NCBI RefSeq assembly: GCF_000582535.1
Contig: NZ_CP006932.1
Location: 210,001-242,000, forward strand
Length of the DNA: 32,000 bases
Reading direction: 5' to 3'
From: Candidatus Saccharimonadota bacterium
Lineage (GTDB): Bacteria > Bacillota_I > Bacilli_A > Mycoplasmatales > Hepatoplasmataceae
Shown here in pieces: positions 20,032 to 31,959 of this stretch (the first letter of the stretch is position 1; each line of letters begins with the position of its first letter). The notes under the pieces were generated by a model. The model had not been told where the DNA came from. It ran no database searches and saw nothing but the letters and a program-made list of their open reading frames with translations. Both the position numbers and the translations under genes were made by a program.

Positions 20032-21639
20032 ATGTCGGAAGAGACAGAAATTAAGCCGCTAAAATCTAAAACTGATAATTCAGTTGATGATAGTGGTAAA
20101 AAAAAGCGCAAATTTAAAATGCCTTCTGCTTTAATTATAATTTTAGGAATTATTGTTATTGTTACAATTCTTACTTGAGGATTTCAAGGGCAAAGTTATA
20201 ATTATTATGATCAAAATGGTAATCCTGTTGCTTCTACAGTTACTGCGGTTGGTTTATTTTCAATTCCTGTTTATATAATTGAAGGATTTGCAAATGCTGC
20301 AGGAATTATATTTTATTTATTTGTTTTAGGTTGATTTTTAGATGTAGTAATTGGAAGTGGAGCGATGGAAAGTGGGATTAAATCGCTTATTTCTGGATTA
20401 CATGGAAAAGAAATTATTTTAGTTCCTATAATGTTTTTCTTATTTGCTTTGGGAGGAACAACTTATGGTATGCAAGAAGAAACGTTAGCTTTTTATTTAA
20501 TTATAATTCCAATGTTTTTACTTGCTGGATTTGATACAGTAACAGGACTTTTAGTAATTCTTTTAGGAACAACAACAGGATTTGCTTCATCTGTAATAAA
20601 TCCTTTTTCTATTGGTGTTGCGGTAGATTCTATCAATAATGTAAATATAATTATTGATGGCCAAACTATCAATATTACAATGGGTGATGGAATGATTGCA
20701 AGATTAATTATGTTTATTATTCTTACTACTGTAGGTTGTATATTTATGACATTATATGCAATGAGAATAAAAGCAAAACCAGAAAAATCATTAACATATA
20801 AAACACATAATAATGATGTTGAATGAGCAAAAGAAACTTTTAAAACTTCAACGGCAGAAAATAAGAAAATGAATGGACGACAAAAATGAATTCTTTCAAT
20901 TTTTGGAATTACATTTTTAATTATGTTTTTAGGAATGTTTCCTTGATATACATTTTTTAATGATGGAATTCCAAGAAATAATATTGATAATGATGGTTGA
21001 AATTCATGATTAATTGGGGGAATGAGTACATTTGGAGCTTGAGATTTTCCTGAATTAATTTTATTATTTACTGCTTCTACCATTGTGATTTCTTTAATTG
21101 CAAAAATGCGAGGTAGTCAAATAATGGAATCCTTTTGAAGAGGATCAAAAGATATGCTAAGTGTAGCAATTATTATTGCGGTTGCTCGAGCAATTCCTGG
21201 AATTTTAGCTGCCTCTGGATTAGATTATTATATTGCTCAAGGAATTGGGGGAGCAATAAGTAATGTAGGAGCATGAGGATGATCATATACAATGTTTATT
21301 GTCTTTTTTATCTTTGGATTATTAATTCCTTCTACATCAGGATTAGCAGCAGCAACAATGGGAACATTTTCAATAATAGCATCACAAATTGCATCTTTTA
21401 ATACAAGTCCAGAACAATTTACACAAATATTAATTGTAACTACTTGTGTTTATGCATTAGCAGTTGGAATGATTAATATGTTTATTCCTACACAAGCTGT
21501 TGTTATGCTTTCTTGTGAAAAGGCAAGAGTTCCTTATGGAACGGCTTTAAAACCAATTGGAATTTATCTTGGAATACAATTAGTAGTAACGCTTGCAATA
21601 ATAATTCCATTATTACAGATTGTTGCAAATAATTACTAA
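20032..21639 (+). CDS. YfcC/DcuC-like anaerobic C4-carrier-family membrane transporter, putative arginine/ornithine antiporter
   Basis: ATG 20032 with a GAGGTG RBS. Track ORFs 20365..20826 and 21292..21639 share a frame, and the ORF is open through many TGA codons. It is polytopic and hydrophobic throughout. It sits between arcB and arcC, as in other Mollicutes/Firmicutes ADI operons. Confidence 0.75.
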
Positions 21640-21674
21640 TATAAAAAGAAAGAATTAATATTAATAAATATATT

Positions 21675-22616
21675 ATGAAAAATAAACGCATAGTCCTTGC
21701 TTTAGGTGGTAATGCTTTAGGTGATACTCCAAAAGAACAACAAGAAGCAGTAAAAAAAACAGCAATTTCTATTGTTGATTTAATTGAAAAAGGATATCAA
21801 ATTTTAATAGGACATGGAAATGGACCTCAAGTTGGGATGATTTCTTTAGCTTTTGATGAAGCTTCAAAAATTAATAAAAAGATACCAAAATTAGATTTAG
21901 TTCTTGCAGGAGCAATGTCTCAAGGTTATATAGGAATTCATTTAAAAAATGCAATTGATAATGAACTTTTAAAAAGAAAAATTAATAAAAATGTTTATGC
22001 ATTAATTTCACAAGCAATAGTTGATCATAATGATCCAGCTTTTAAAAATCCAACAAAACCAATTGGAGGATTTTATTCAAAAGAAGAATCAAAAGAATTA
22101 GCAAAAAATACTACATGAAAATTTATAGAAGATGCTGGAAGAGGCTATCGAAGAGTTGTTCCTTCTCCTAAACCAATTACATTAATGGAAAAAGATTTAA
22201 TTAATAAAGGATTAGATGCTGGTTTTATTTTAATTGCTGGAGGTGGAGGTGCTATTGCAACTTATAAAGAAAATGATAAATATAATATGATTGATGCAGT
22301 AATAGATAAAGATTATACTGCAGAAATAATGGCTGAAATGATTGATGCTGATTTATTTATAATAGTAACTGCAGTAGATGGAATTTATTTAGATTATAAT
22401 ACACCAAACCAAAGAATTCTTTCTAATCCAAAAATAAAGGATTTAAAAAAACTTCTTGATCAAAAAATATTTCCTTCTGGTTCTATGGAACCTAAAGTTG
22501 AAACAGCAGTAAAATTTGCTTCTTCCAAAAAAAGCAGAAAATCAATTATTACTTCGCTTGCAAAATTAAAAGAATCTTTAGAAGGAAATAAATATGGGAC
22601 ACATATTGAAAACTAA
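21675..22616 (+). CDS. arcC: carbamate kinase
   Basis: Track ORFs 21675..22118 and 22185..22616 share a frame and join over one TGA. Contains RIVLALGGNAL, GHGNGPQVG, AGRGYRRVVPSP and GGGGAIA. Confidence 0.95.
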
Positions 22617-22660
22617 TATTTAATTAATTTTTTATATTATTTTATAGATTAAATATTCTA

Positions 22661-22699
22661 AAATAATTATTAAATCTAAATTTAATAATTATTTTTTTT
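22661..22699 (+). terminator. candidate rho-independent terminator of the ADI operon
   Basis: aaataattattaaat-ctaa-atttaataattattt (15-bp all-AT stem) followed by a T-run. Confidence 0.45.
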
Positions 22700-23353
22700 A
22701 TTTAAAGTATATGAGATTAATTTAAAGATAAAACCAATATATAATTATCTTAATAAAAGGAAATAGAATAATGAATCAAAATAAAATTGAAAAAATTATT
22801 ATATTAATTATTTTGAAAATACAAAAGATGAGAATATTTCTAAATGAATAAAAAAACATTTAAATTCATTGAAAGATTTAAATTTTGAGTTAAATAAATT
22901 TAAAGAAGAAAATTTAAAATTAATAAGTAAATTAGATGATCAGATAAATAATAAATTTAATTTAAAAAAAGAAGAAAAAAAACTAAGTAAAATATATTAA
23001 TTAATGATTTGAATAAATGAAAATTTAAATTTTATTTTTAATATCATATACAATTTATGAATTTATTGTTGATAATCAAATTGATTATTTTTCTGAAATT
23101 GAAGAAATTTTTTCAATTTTTATTTCTTTATCTATATTTATAATGATTTTATATTTTTCTTTATTTATTGAAAAAAACAAAAAACAACAAAAAATAAAAA
23201 AAGGTTCGGAAAAAAACAATCAAGAAAATAAAAGAATAATATTAGAATGAGATTTTTATAATACGAAGGGAAAAGAAATTATATTAAAAGATAATATTGA
23301 AAATTAAAAAGAATTAGATATAAATATGAAAAAAGAAAATAATTAATATAAAT

Positions 23354-23385
23354 AAAAGGAGCAGAAAATTAATTCTGCTCCTTTT
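23354..23385. terminator. terminator hairpin downstream of SDR paralog 3
   Basis: aaaaggagcagaa-aattaa-ttctgctcctttt. GC-containing stem, T-rich on both sides. Confidence 0.65.
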
Positions 23386-23392
23386 ATTTATA

Positions 23393-24157
23393 TTACATTC
23401 AAATTTTACGTAAACGTTTTCTTAAAATGAATTTTTTAAATACAGGATGAACAATTCCAACTGTTTTTTTTGAATTATATAATTTTCAAGTATATTCAGC
23501 TAGTTTCTGTGGGTCTTTTCCTTTACTATTAAAAATTTCAATTAGTGTTTTTTTATTTTCTTTTTCAATATTTGCATTTAGTACTGCTACTTCTGCAAAT
23601 TCTGTTTTTGTAATACTTGGAGCTAAAACTTTAACTTTTAATTTTGCTTTGCTTTTTTTAAGAATTTTTGTGATTATTTCACTATATACAGATACATAAA
23701 ATTTAGTAGCTGAATAGATAGATTCTCTTCCTCAAGCCATATATCCTGCTACAGAAGAAACATTGATAATTTGTGATTCTTTTTCTAAATTATCTTTGAT
23801 AAATAATGTTGTAAGGATTGTAAGGGCTTTTATATTTAAATCAATCATTTGTTCTGCCTTTTTAAGATCAGTATCTCATGGTTTTGCTTCATCACCAAAA
23901 CCAGCATTATTTACCAAAAGATTAATATCATTTTGCTTGATTTGTTGATAGAATTTATAAACATTTTCTGAAATTGATAAATCATATACATAAACTAAAA
24001 CTTTTATTTTATATTTATCTTCTAATTCTTTTTTTAAATTATCAAGTAATTCTTTTCTTCTTGCAACAATTATTAAATTATATTTCTCGCTTGCAAATTT
24101 TATTGCAATTTCTTTTCCAATTCCAGAACTTGCTCCTGTTATTACTACATATTTCAT
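23393..24157 (-). CDS. SDR-family NAD(P)-dependent oxidoreductase (paralog 3, 254 aa)
   Basis: Track ORF 23876..24157 continues through TGA codons to TAA 23393-23395. Contains MKYVVITGASSGIGKE, NNAG and YSATK. Confidence 0.85.
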
Positions 24158-24187
24158 ATTTTCGTTTTTCTTTCTTTTATTTAATTT

Positions 24188-24463
24188 TTAATAGTATTTT
24201 GAAAATACTATCATTGGTGTTAAAACATGATTATAAAGTTGACCTAATACTAATTGACTATTAGTATTAGAATCTCACACATAAACAATATCTCCTAATA
24301 CATTATTATTTTAATCTAAAAGTAACATAGCATCATCATTTCCTACTTGTTTTTTAATAATATTATCATTTTAATCTTTTTCTTGTTATGTTATTTTTGT
24401 AATTGGAAAATTTAAAGTATTTGATTCTCCATTTTCAATTTGTCCATATTGATTTTTCTTCCA
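24188..24463 (-). pseudogene. inverted remnant of about 1.5 RCC1-like propeller blades with in-frame stops
   Basis: One reverse frame reads LWKKNQYGQIENGESNTLNFPITKIT*QEKD*NDNIIKKQVGNDDAMLLLD*NNNVLGDIVYVWDSNTNSQLVLGQL. It aligns with a one-residue gap to the blade consensus YMWGDNxYGQIGNG...IPTKITPQGQTDWGGNLIDL..G...GV.VD.D.DG.GDTLYMWGDNxxGQ. Confidence 0.6.
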
Positions 24464-25075
24464 CAAGCAATAGTTGATCATAATGATCTAGCTTTTAAAA
24501 ATCCAACAAAACCAATTGGAGGATTTTATTCAGAGCAAGAGGCAAAAAAAATAACAAAAGAGACTGGATGAAAATTTATAGAAGATGCTGGAAGAGGCTA
24601 TCGAAGAGTTGTTCCTTCTCCTAAACCAATTACATTAATGGAAAAAGATTTAATTAATAAAGGATTAGATGCTGGTTTTATTTTAATTGCTGGAGGTGGA
24701 GGTGCTATTGCAACTTATAAAGAAAATGATAAATATAATATGATTGATGCAGTAATAGATAAAGATTATACTGCAGAAATAATGGCTGAAATGATTGATG
24801 CTGATTTATTTATAATAGTAACTGCAGTAGATGGAATTTATTTAGATTACAATACACCAAACTAAAGAATTCTTTCTAATTCAAAAATAAAGGATTTAAA
24901 AAAACTTCTTGATCAAAAAATATTTCCTTTTGGTTCTATGGGTCCTAAAGTCGAAACAGTTATTAAATTTACTAATTCAAAATTAAATAGAAAATAAATT
25001 ATTATTTCGCTTGATAAATTAAAAGAATCTTTAGAAGGAAATAAATACAGAATTCATATTGAAAATAATTATTAA
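24462..25075 (+). pseudogene. truncated carbamate kinase copy (3' two-thirds of arcC) with premature stops
   Basis: Homologous to arcC from codon ~110 (SQAIVDHND) to the end, and it lacks the 5' third. CAA is replaced by TAA at 24863-24865, and there is a second in-frame TAA near 24996. Track ORF 24638..24865 is identical in protein to arcC 22185 onward. Confidence 0.85.
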
Positions 25076-25097
25076 ATTAATTAATATATGATTTTTA

Positions 25098-25105
25098 TGT
25101 ATAAT
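25098..25105 (+). promoter_or_regulatory. extended -10 promoter element TGTATAAT
   Basis: Exact TGTATAAT 23 nt upstream of ATG 25128. RBS AAGAGG at 25113-25118. Confidence 0.4.
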
Positions 25106-25127
25106 TTTTTATAAGAGGTCTTTTATA

Positions 25128-28103
25128 ATGAAAAAAAATTTTATATTTTCGATATTATTATTTTTAATTACATCTTTTTCTTTTAAATCATTTGATTTAA
25201 TTTTTGATAATAAAAATATAATTGAATCTTTAGATCAAAATGTAAAAGTTTTAGATTATGAAATGGCTGATTCTACTGCTGGTGTTATTGTTGATACAGA
25301 TAGTGATTATTTGGGAGATACACTTTATATGTGAGGATTAAATAGTCGTGGTCAAATTGGTGATGGAACAACTACACTTGCCACTGATCCAAAAATGATA
25401 ACTCCAACTGACCAAACAGATTGAGGTGGTAATTTAATTCAATTTGAATCATCACTTTATAATTCAGGTGTAACGGTAGATACTGATTATGATGGCTATG
25501 CAGATACAATTTATATTTGAGGAGATAATCAATATCATCAAATATTCAATGATGAAAGTGAAAGTAAAACTATTTTATTTCCTACTCTTGTTTTACCTTC
25601 TAGTGGATCTTGAAATGGAAATATTATTGATTTTTTTCTTGGAGACTCATATGTTGGTATTTTATTAGATACTGATTATGATGGATTTGGTGATGATTTA
25701 TATACTTGAGGTAATAATAATAATGGGGAACTTGGAAATGGAACAACTCAAACAGCTTCTGAACCTGTAGAAATATTTCCATCTGGACAAACTTCTTGAA
25801 ATGGTAATATAACTGATATTTATGGATATAATTCTACTTTTCTTTTATTAGATACTGACTATGATGGATATGCAGATACTGGATATTCTTGAGGTAATAA
25901 TAGTAATTATAAATTAGGTATTAATAGTACATCATCAAGTGTTACTACTCCAACAGAAATCGTTTCAAATGGGGGAACTTGAAATGGTAATATCCTTGAT
26001 GTTTCTTCAAATTCTGATAATTCTATGCTTTTACTTGATACAAATTTTGATGGATATGGAGATGAAGTTTATTTATCAGGGACTAATTATGAATTTCAAC
26101 TTGGAATTGGTGGCAATGAAAATTATGTAAAGCACTCTATTTTTTATCCTGCTAGTCATACTTGAGGTAATGGTTATATTATTGATGTTTCAATGGGCAA
26201 AAATTATTCAGTAATTATTGTAGATACTGATTTAGATGGATATGCAGATGCTTTTTATGGTGATGGTTATAATAGTCATGGACAACTTGGAACATCTAAT
26301 TATGCAGGTAGTCGTAAAGGACCAAGAAAACTTACAAAAACCTTTGATAGAAATGATTTTTCTAGTTATTATAAATATAATTTTATGCAAATTGAAACAG
26401 GAACTAATTCTACAGGAATTTTAGTTGATACTGATCTTGATGGATATGGCGATACATTATATATGTCAGGAGCAAATGTAAATTCTGATTTCGGTAATAG
26501 TATTATTTCTTCTGGAGATTATAAAACTCCTATTGCTACAAATTCAACTTATGATTTTTTAATTCAGGATTTGTATTTTGATTTTGATGGAGTTTTGTTA
26601 TCAATAGATTTAAAATTAAATGATTATCAAAATATTTTTAATGAAGAAACATTACCCACTAATGTTTTATTAATTGATGATAATAATATCAGTCACCAAA
26701 CAATTTTTGAAGAAGATTTATCAAATATTACAGATGATCAATATCATTATAAAGTTGAAGATATTGAAGGTGTTCAAACTTATATATTTAAAAATATATC
26801 AATAAATGATAATATTTTTAATTTAAATGATGAGCAATTTTCTACTGATTATTTAATATCAGATTATCAAATTTCTAATATTTCAGAACAGTCAGCGACA
26901 ATTAATTTAAATTTTGAAAATAATAGTGAAGAATTTGATTTATTAAATTACACTTCTTCTGAACGAAAAATTAAAGTAAATTATACTGATTTGGATCAAA
27001 ATATCTCTAATTCCCAAGAATTTGTAATTGATGATTCCTATGAAATTACACTAATAAATTTAAATGCTGAATCAAATTATCAAATAGATTCAATTCAATA
27101 TTTTTATCAAGATGAAAATTATAAACATACTATAGATCAAGAAAAAACACAATTTCAAACATCTTCTGCTATACCTTTAATAGAATCTGATAGTATAAAA
27201 TCTATCGATAATTCAATTACAACAAATTCTTTTCAATATACAATTTTAATTGATAATTTAAAATTAAATCAAACAAAAGATAATTTTACACAATATGATA
27301 TAAATAATGGTATTTGATTAATCGATGAAAATAATGAAAATTATAATTCAACTTATATTAATGCAAAAATAATTAATTCTGGTTCAATAAATGGAACAGG
27401 AAAATATCAATTAACATTTAAGCAAGATCAATTAATTGAAAATACAACATATAATTTTATTGGTATAAGTTTTGATGAGCCTTCAAGTTCTAGTGATCCT
27501 AATATAGTATTTTTTTCTAATGTTTTTTCAATAACAACAGCTTCTGCAAATAAAGAAATTATTCCTTCTACTTTTTCAATAATTGAGGATTCAATTACAA
27601 AAACTTCATTTCAATATACAATTGAAATAGATAATTTGTTTTTGATAGAGGATTCTTTATTAATTAAAAATAATCTTGAAGCAGAAATAAATTTTAGTAA
27701 TTTTAATCTTGATGAAGGAATTTATTTAATAGATGATAATGGAAATATATATAATTCTTTTTATGTAAATGATAGTTCACTTTATCTTGGAGAAGGAAAA
27801 GATGAAGGAACTTCAAATTATCAATTTACATTTGAACAAAATAATCTTGAAGCAGGCAGAACATATAATTTTGTTGGAATAGGATTTACTGATTTAGAAG
27901 AAGACTTTATTAATTTTGACTCTTCAATAGCAATTAACACTGTTCCTAATAATACACAAATGATAGTAATTATTATTATTATCATTATTTTAATCATTAT
28001 TTTGCTACTTATTTTTATCTTATTATTTGTTGATTTAAAAATGAAAAAAAATACAAAAAAAATGAATAATAAACTTAATAATCCTAATGGTTTGGAAGAT
28101 TAA
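25128..28103 (+). CDS. surface-anchored RCC1-like seven-blade repeat protein, paralog 2 (991 aa)
   Basis: Track ORFs 25128..25334, 26193..27317 and 27636..28103 are all in one frame, and the gaps checked by hand are open through TGA codons. The N-terminus is signal-like. There are seven degenerate blades (GDTLYMWGLNSRGQIGDGT through GDTLYMSGANVNSDFG). It has the same stalk modules and the same TM plus basic tail as 5483..8404. Confidence 0.85.
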
Positions 28104-28261
28104 GATTTATTTTTAATTTCTTTGTTTTATAAAATTAATTATTAAATATATTTATTTTAGTCGTAATTTTTTTATAGCTACTAAAAAAAACAACAAGAAG
28201 AATTAAAAAAAGTAATTCTAATTGTTAATTTAATTTAAAAAAGAAAATTAAGAAAATATTT

Positions 28262-28799
28262 AATGCTTTAATTTCACAATCATAGCCAATCTTAATGATT
28301 CTGTTTTTAAAAATTCAGCAAAACAAATTGGAGGATATTTTATTCAAAAGAAGAATCAGAAAAATTAGCAAAATCTAATGGATGAAAATTTATAGAATAT
28401 TTTGTAAGAATTTATTGAAAAATTGTTTCTTTTCTTAAATCGATTACATTAATGGTAAAAATATTTAATTAAAAAAATTTAGATAATTGATAAAGATTAT
28501 ACTGCTGAAAAAATGTCTGAAATGATTGATATTGATTTATTTGTAATAGTAACTGCAGTAGATGGAATTTATTTAGATTACAATACACCAAACCAAAGAA
28601 TTCTTTTTAATCCAAAAATAAAAGATTTAAAAAAACTTCTTAATTAAATAATATTTCCTTCTGGTTCTATGGGTCCTAAATTGGAAACAAATATTAAATT
28701 TACCAATTCCAAATTAAATAGAAAATCAATTATTACTTCGCTTGATAAATTAAAAGAATCTTTAGAAGGAAATAAATACGTAACTCATATCGAAAAATA
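28262..28799 (+). pseudogene. more degraded truncated carbamate kinase copy
   Basis: aatgctttaatttcacaatcatagcc...caaattggagga aligns to arcC 22000-22075. There is an internal deletion of about 95 nt relative to arcC 22215-22310, plus multiple stops and frameshifts. The 3' end gaaggaaataaatacgtaactcatatcgaaaaataa matches the arcC terminus. Confidence 0.8.
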
Positions 28800-28829
28800 A
28801 TTACTAAATTAATAAGTATATGATTTTTA

Positions 28830-28837
28830 TGTATAAT
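28830..28837 (+). promoter_or_regulatory. extended -10 promoter element TGTATAAT
   Basis: Same gatttttatgtataatt context as at 25091-25107. Confidence 0.4.
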
Positions 28838-28856
28838 TCTTTATAAGAGGTCTTTT

Positions 28857-31826
28857 TTGAAAAAAAATTTTATTTTTTCCATATTGTTGTTTTTAATTAC
28901 ATCTTTTTCTTTTAAATCATTTGACTTAGTTTTTGATAATAAAAATATAGTTGAATCTTTAGATCAAAATGTAAAAGTTTTAGATTATGAAATGGCTAAT
29001 TCTACTGCTGGTGTTATTGTTGATACAGATAGTGATTATTTGGGAGATACACTTTATATGTGAGGATTAAATAATTATGGCCAAATTGGTGATGGAACAA
29101 CTACACTTGCAACTGATCCAAAAATGGTAATTCCAACTGACCAAACAGATTGAGGTGGCAATTTAATTCAATTTGAATCATCTGCTTATAATTCAGGTGT
29201 AACAGTAGATACTGATTATGATGGTTATGCAGATACAATTTATATTTGAGGAGATAATAGATATCATCAAATATTTAACAACGATGAAAGTGGTTCTATC
29301 TTATTTCCTACTCTTGTTTTACCTTCTAGTGGATCTTGAAATGGAAATATTATTGATTTTTTTCTTGGAGATGCATATGCTGGTATTTTATTAGATACTG
29401 ATTATGATGGATTTGGTGATGATTTATATACTTGAGGTAATAATAATAATGGGGAACTTGGAAATGGAACAACTCAAACAGCTTCTGAACCTTTAGAAAT
29501 ATTTCCATCTGGACAAACTTCTTGAAATGGTAATATAACTGATATTTATGGATATAATTCTACTTTTCTTTTATTAGATACTGATTATGATGGATATGCA
29601 GATACTGGATATTCTTGAGGTAATAATAATAATTATAAATTAGGTGTCAATAGTACATCATCAAAAGTTACTACTCCAACAGAAATCGTTTCAAATGGAG
29701 GAACTTGAAGTGGTAATATTCTTGATGTTTCTTCAAATAGTAATAATTCTATGCTTTTACTTGATACAAATTTTGATGGATATGGAGATGAAGTTTATTT
29801 ATCAGGGACTAATTATGAATTTCAACTTGGAATTGGTGGCAGTAATAATGTAAAGCACTCTATTTTTTATCCTGCTAGTCATACTTGAGGTAATGGTTAT
29901 ATTATTGATGTTTCAATGGGTGTAAATTATTCAGTAATTATTGTAGATACTGATTTAGATGGATATGCAGATGCTTTTTATGGTGATGGTTATAATAGTC
30001 ATGGACAACTTGGAACATCTAGTTATGCAGGTAGTCGTAAAGGACCAAGAAAACTTACAAAAACCTTTGATAGAAATGATTTTTCTAGTTATTATAAATA
30101 TAATTTTATGCAAATTGAAACAGGATCTAATTCTACAGGAATTTTAGTTGATACTGATCTTGATGGATATGGTGATACATTATATATGTCAGGAGCAAAT
30201 GTAAATTCTGATTTCGGTAATAGTATTATTTCTTCTGGAGATTATAAAACTCCTATTGCTACAAATTCAACTTATGATTTTTTAATTCAGGATTTGTATT
30301 TTGATTTTGATGGAGTTTTGTTATCAATAGATTTAAAATTAAATGATTATCAAAATATTTTTAATGAAGAAGCATTACCCACTAATGTTTTACTAATAGA
30401 TAATAATAATATCAGTCATCAAACAATTTTTGAAGAAGATTTATCAAATATTACAGATGATCAATATCATTATAAAGTTGAAGATATTGAAGGTGTTCAA
30501 ACTTATATATTTAAAAATATATCGATAAATGATAATATTTTTAATTTAAATGATGAGCAATTTTCTACTGATTATTTAATATCAGATTACCAAATTTCTA
30601 ATATTTCAGAACAATCAGCGACAATTAATTTAAATTTTGAGAATAATAGTGAAGAATTTGATTTATTAAATTACACTTCTTCTGAACGAAAAATTAAAGT
30701 AAATTATACTGATTTGGATCAAAATATCTCTAATTCACAAGAATTTGTAATTGATGATTCCTATGAAATTACACTAACAAATTTAAATGCTGAATCAAAT
30801 TATCAAATAGATTCAATTCAATATTTTTATCAAGATGAAAATTATAAACATACTATAGATCAAGAAGAAAAACAATTTCAAACATCTTCTGCTATACCTT
30901 TAATAGAATCTGATAGTATAAAATCTATCGATAATTCAATTACAACAAATTCTTTTCAATATACAATTTTAATTGATAATTTAAAATTAAATCAAGCAAA
31001 AGATAATTTTACACAATATGATATAAATAATGGTATTTGATTAATCGATGAAAATAGTGAAAATTATAATTCCACTTATATTAATGCAAAAATAATTAAT
31101 TCAGGTTCAATAAATGGAACAGGAAAATATCAATTAACATTTAAGCAAGATCAATTAATTGAAAATACAACATATAATTTTATTGGTATAAGTTTTGATG
31201 AACCTTCAAGTTCTAGTGATCCTAATATAGTATTTTTTTCTAATGTTTTTTCAGTAACAACAGTTTCTGCTAATAAAGAAATTATTCCTTCTACTTTTTC
31301 AATAATTGAAGATTCAATTACAAAAACTTCATTTCAATATACAATTGAAATAGATAATCTGTTTTTGATAGAAGATTCTTTATTAATTAAAAATAATCTT
31401 GAAGCAGAAGTAAATTTTAGTAATTTTAATCTTGATGAAGGAATTTATTTAATAGATGATAATGGAAATATATATAATTCTTTTTATGTAAATGATAGTT
31501 CGCTTTATCTTGGAGAAGGAAAAGATGAAGGAACTTCAAATTATCAATTTACATTTGAACAAAATAATCTTGAAGCAGGTAGAACATATAATTTTGTCGG
31601 AATTGGCTTTACCGATTTAGAAGAAGATTTTATTAATTTTGACTCTTCAATAACAATTAATACTGTTCCTAATAATACACAAATGATAGTAATTATTATC
31701 ATTATCATTATTTTAATCATTATTTTGCTACTTATTTTTATCTTATTATTTGTTGATTTAAAAATGAAAAAAAATACAAAAAAAATGAATAATAAACTTA
31801 ATAATCCTAATGGTTTGGAAGATTAA
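28857..31826 (+). CDS. surface-anchored RCC1-like seven-blade repeat protein, paralog 3 (989 aa), apparent TTG start
   Basis: Track ORFs 28857..29063, 29916..31040 and 31365..31826 share one frame. It is near-identical to 25128..28103, with only a handful of substitutions in the 374-aa track segments. The position homologous to the ATG of paralog 2 is TTG, after a 3-nt deletion. Confidence 0.8.
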
Positions 31827-31959
31827 GATTTATTTTTAATTTATTTGTTTTAGTGGTATTTTTTTTATAGCATATTAAAAAAAACAATAATTCTAATTTT
31901 TAATTAAATCGAAAAATAATATCAAATTTTAATAGTACATCAGAATTGACTATAATTTA

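Noticed and set aside
23763-24264. Forward ORFs 23763..23948 and 23974..24264
   Set aside because: They are antisense to SDR paralog 3 and its upstream region, with low-complexity translations.
24191-24270. Two perfect inverted repeats upstream of SDR3: atagtatttt-g-aaaatactat (24191-24211) and ctaatactaat-tgact-attagtattag (24244-24270). They could be an operator or a terminator.
   Set aside because: The stems are almost entirely A/T, they lie inside the decayed RCC1 remnant, and no adjacent regulator gene is present. Function cannot be supported from sequence alone, though the first lies 34-54 nt upstream of the SDR3 ATG.
25939-26424. Out-of-frame ORFs 25939..26130 and 26236..26424, with twins at 29644..29853 and 29959..30147
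   Set aside because: They are in alternative frames of the RCC1-like genes with Met/Leu/Ile-rich nonsense translations. The main frame is continuous and homologous to 5483..8404.
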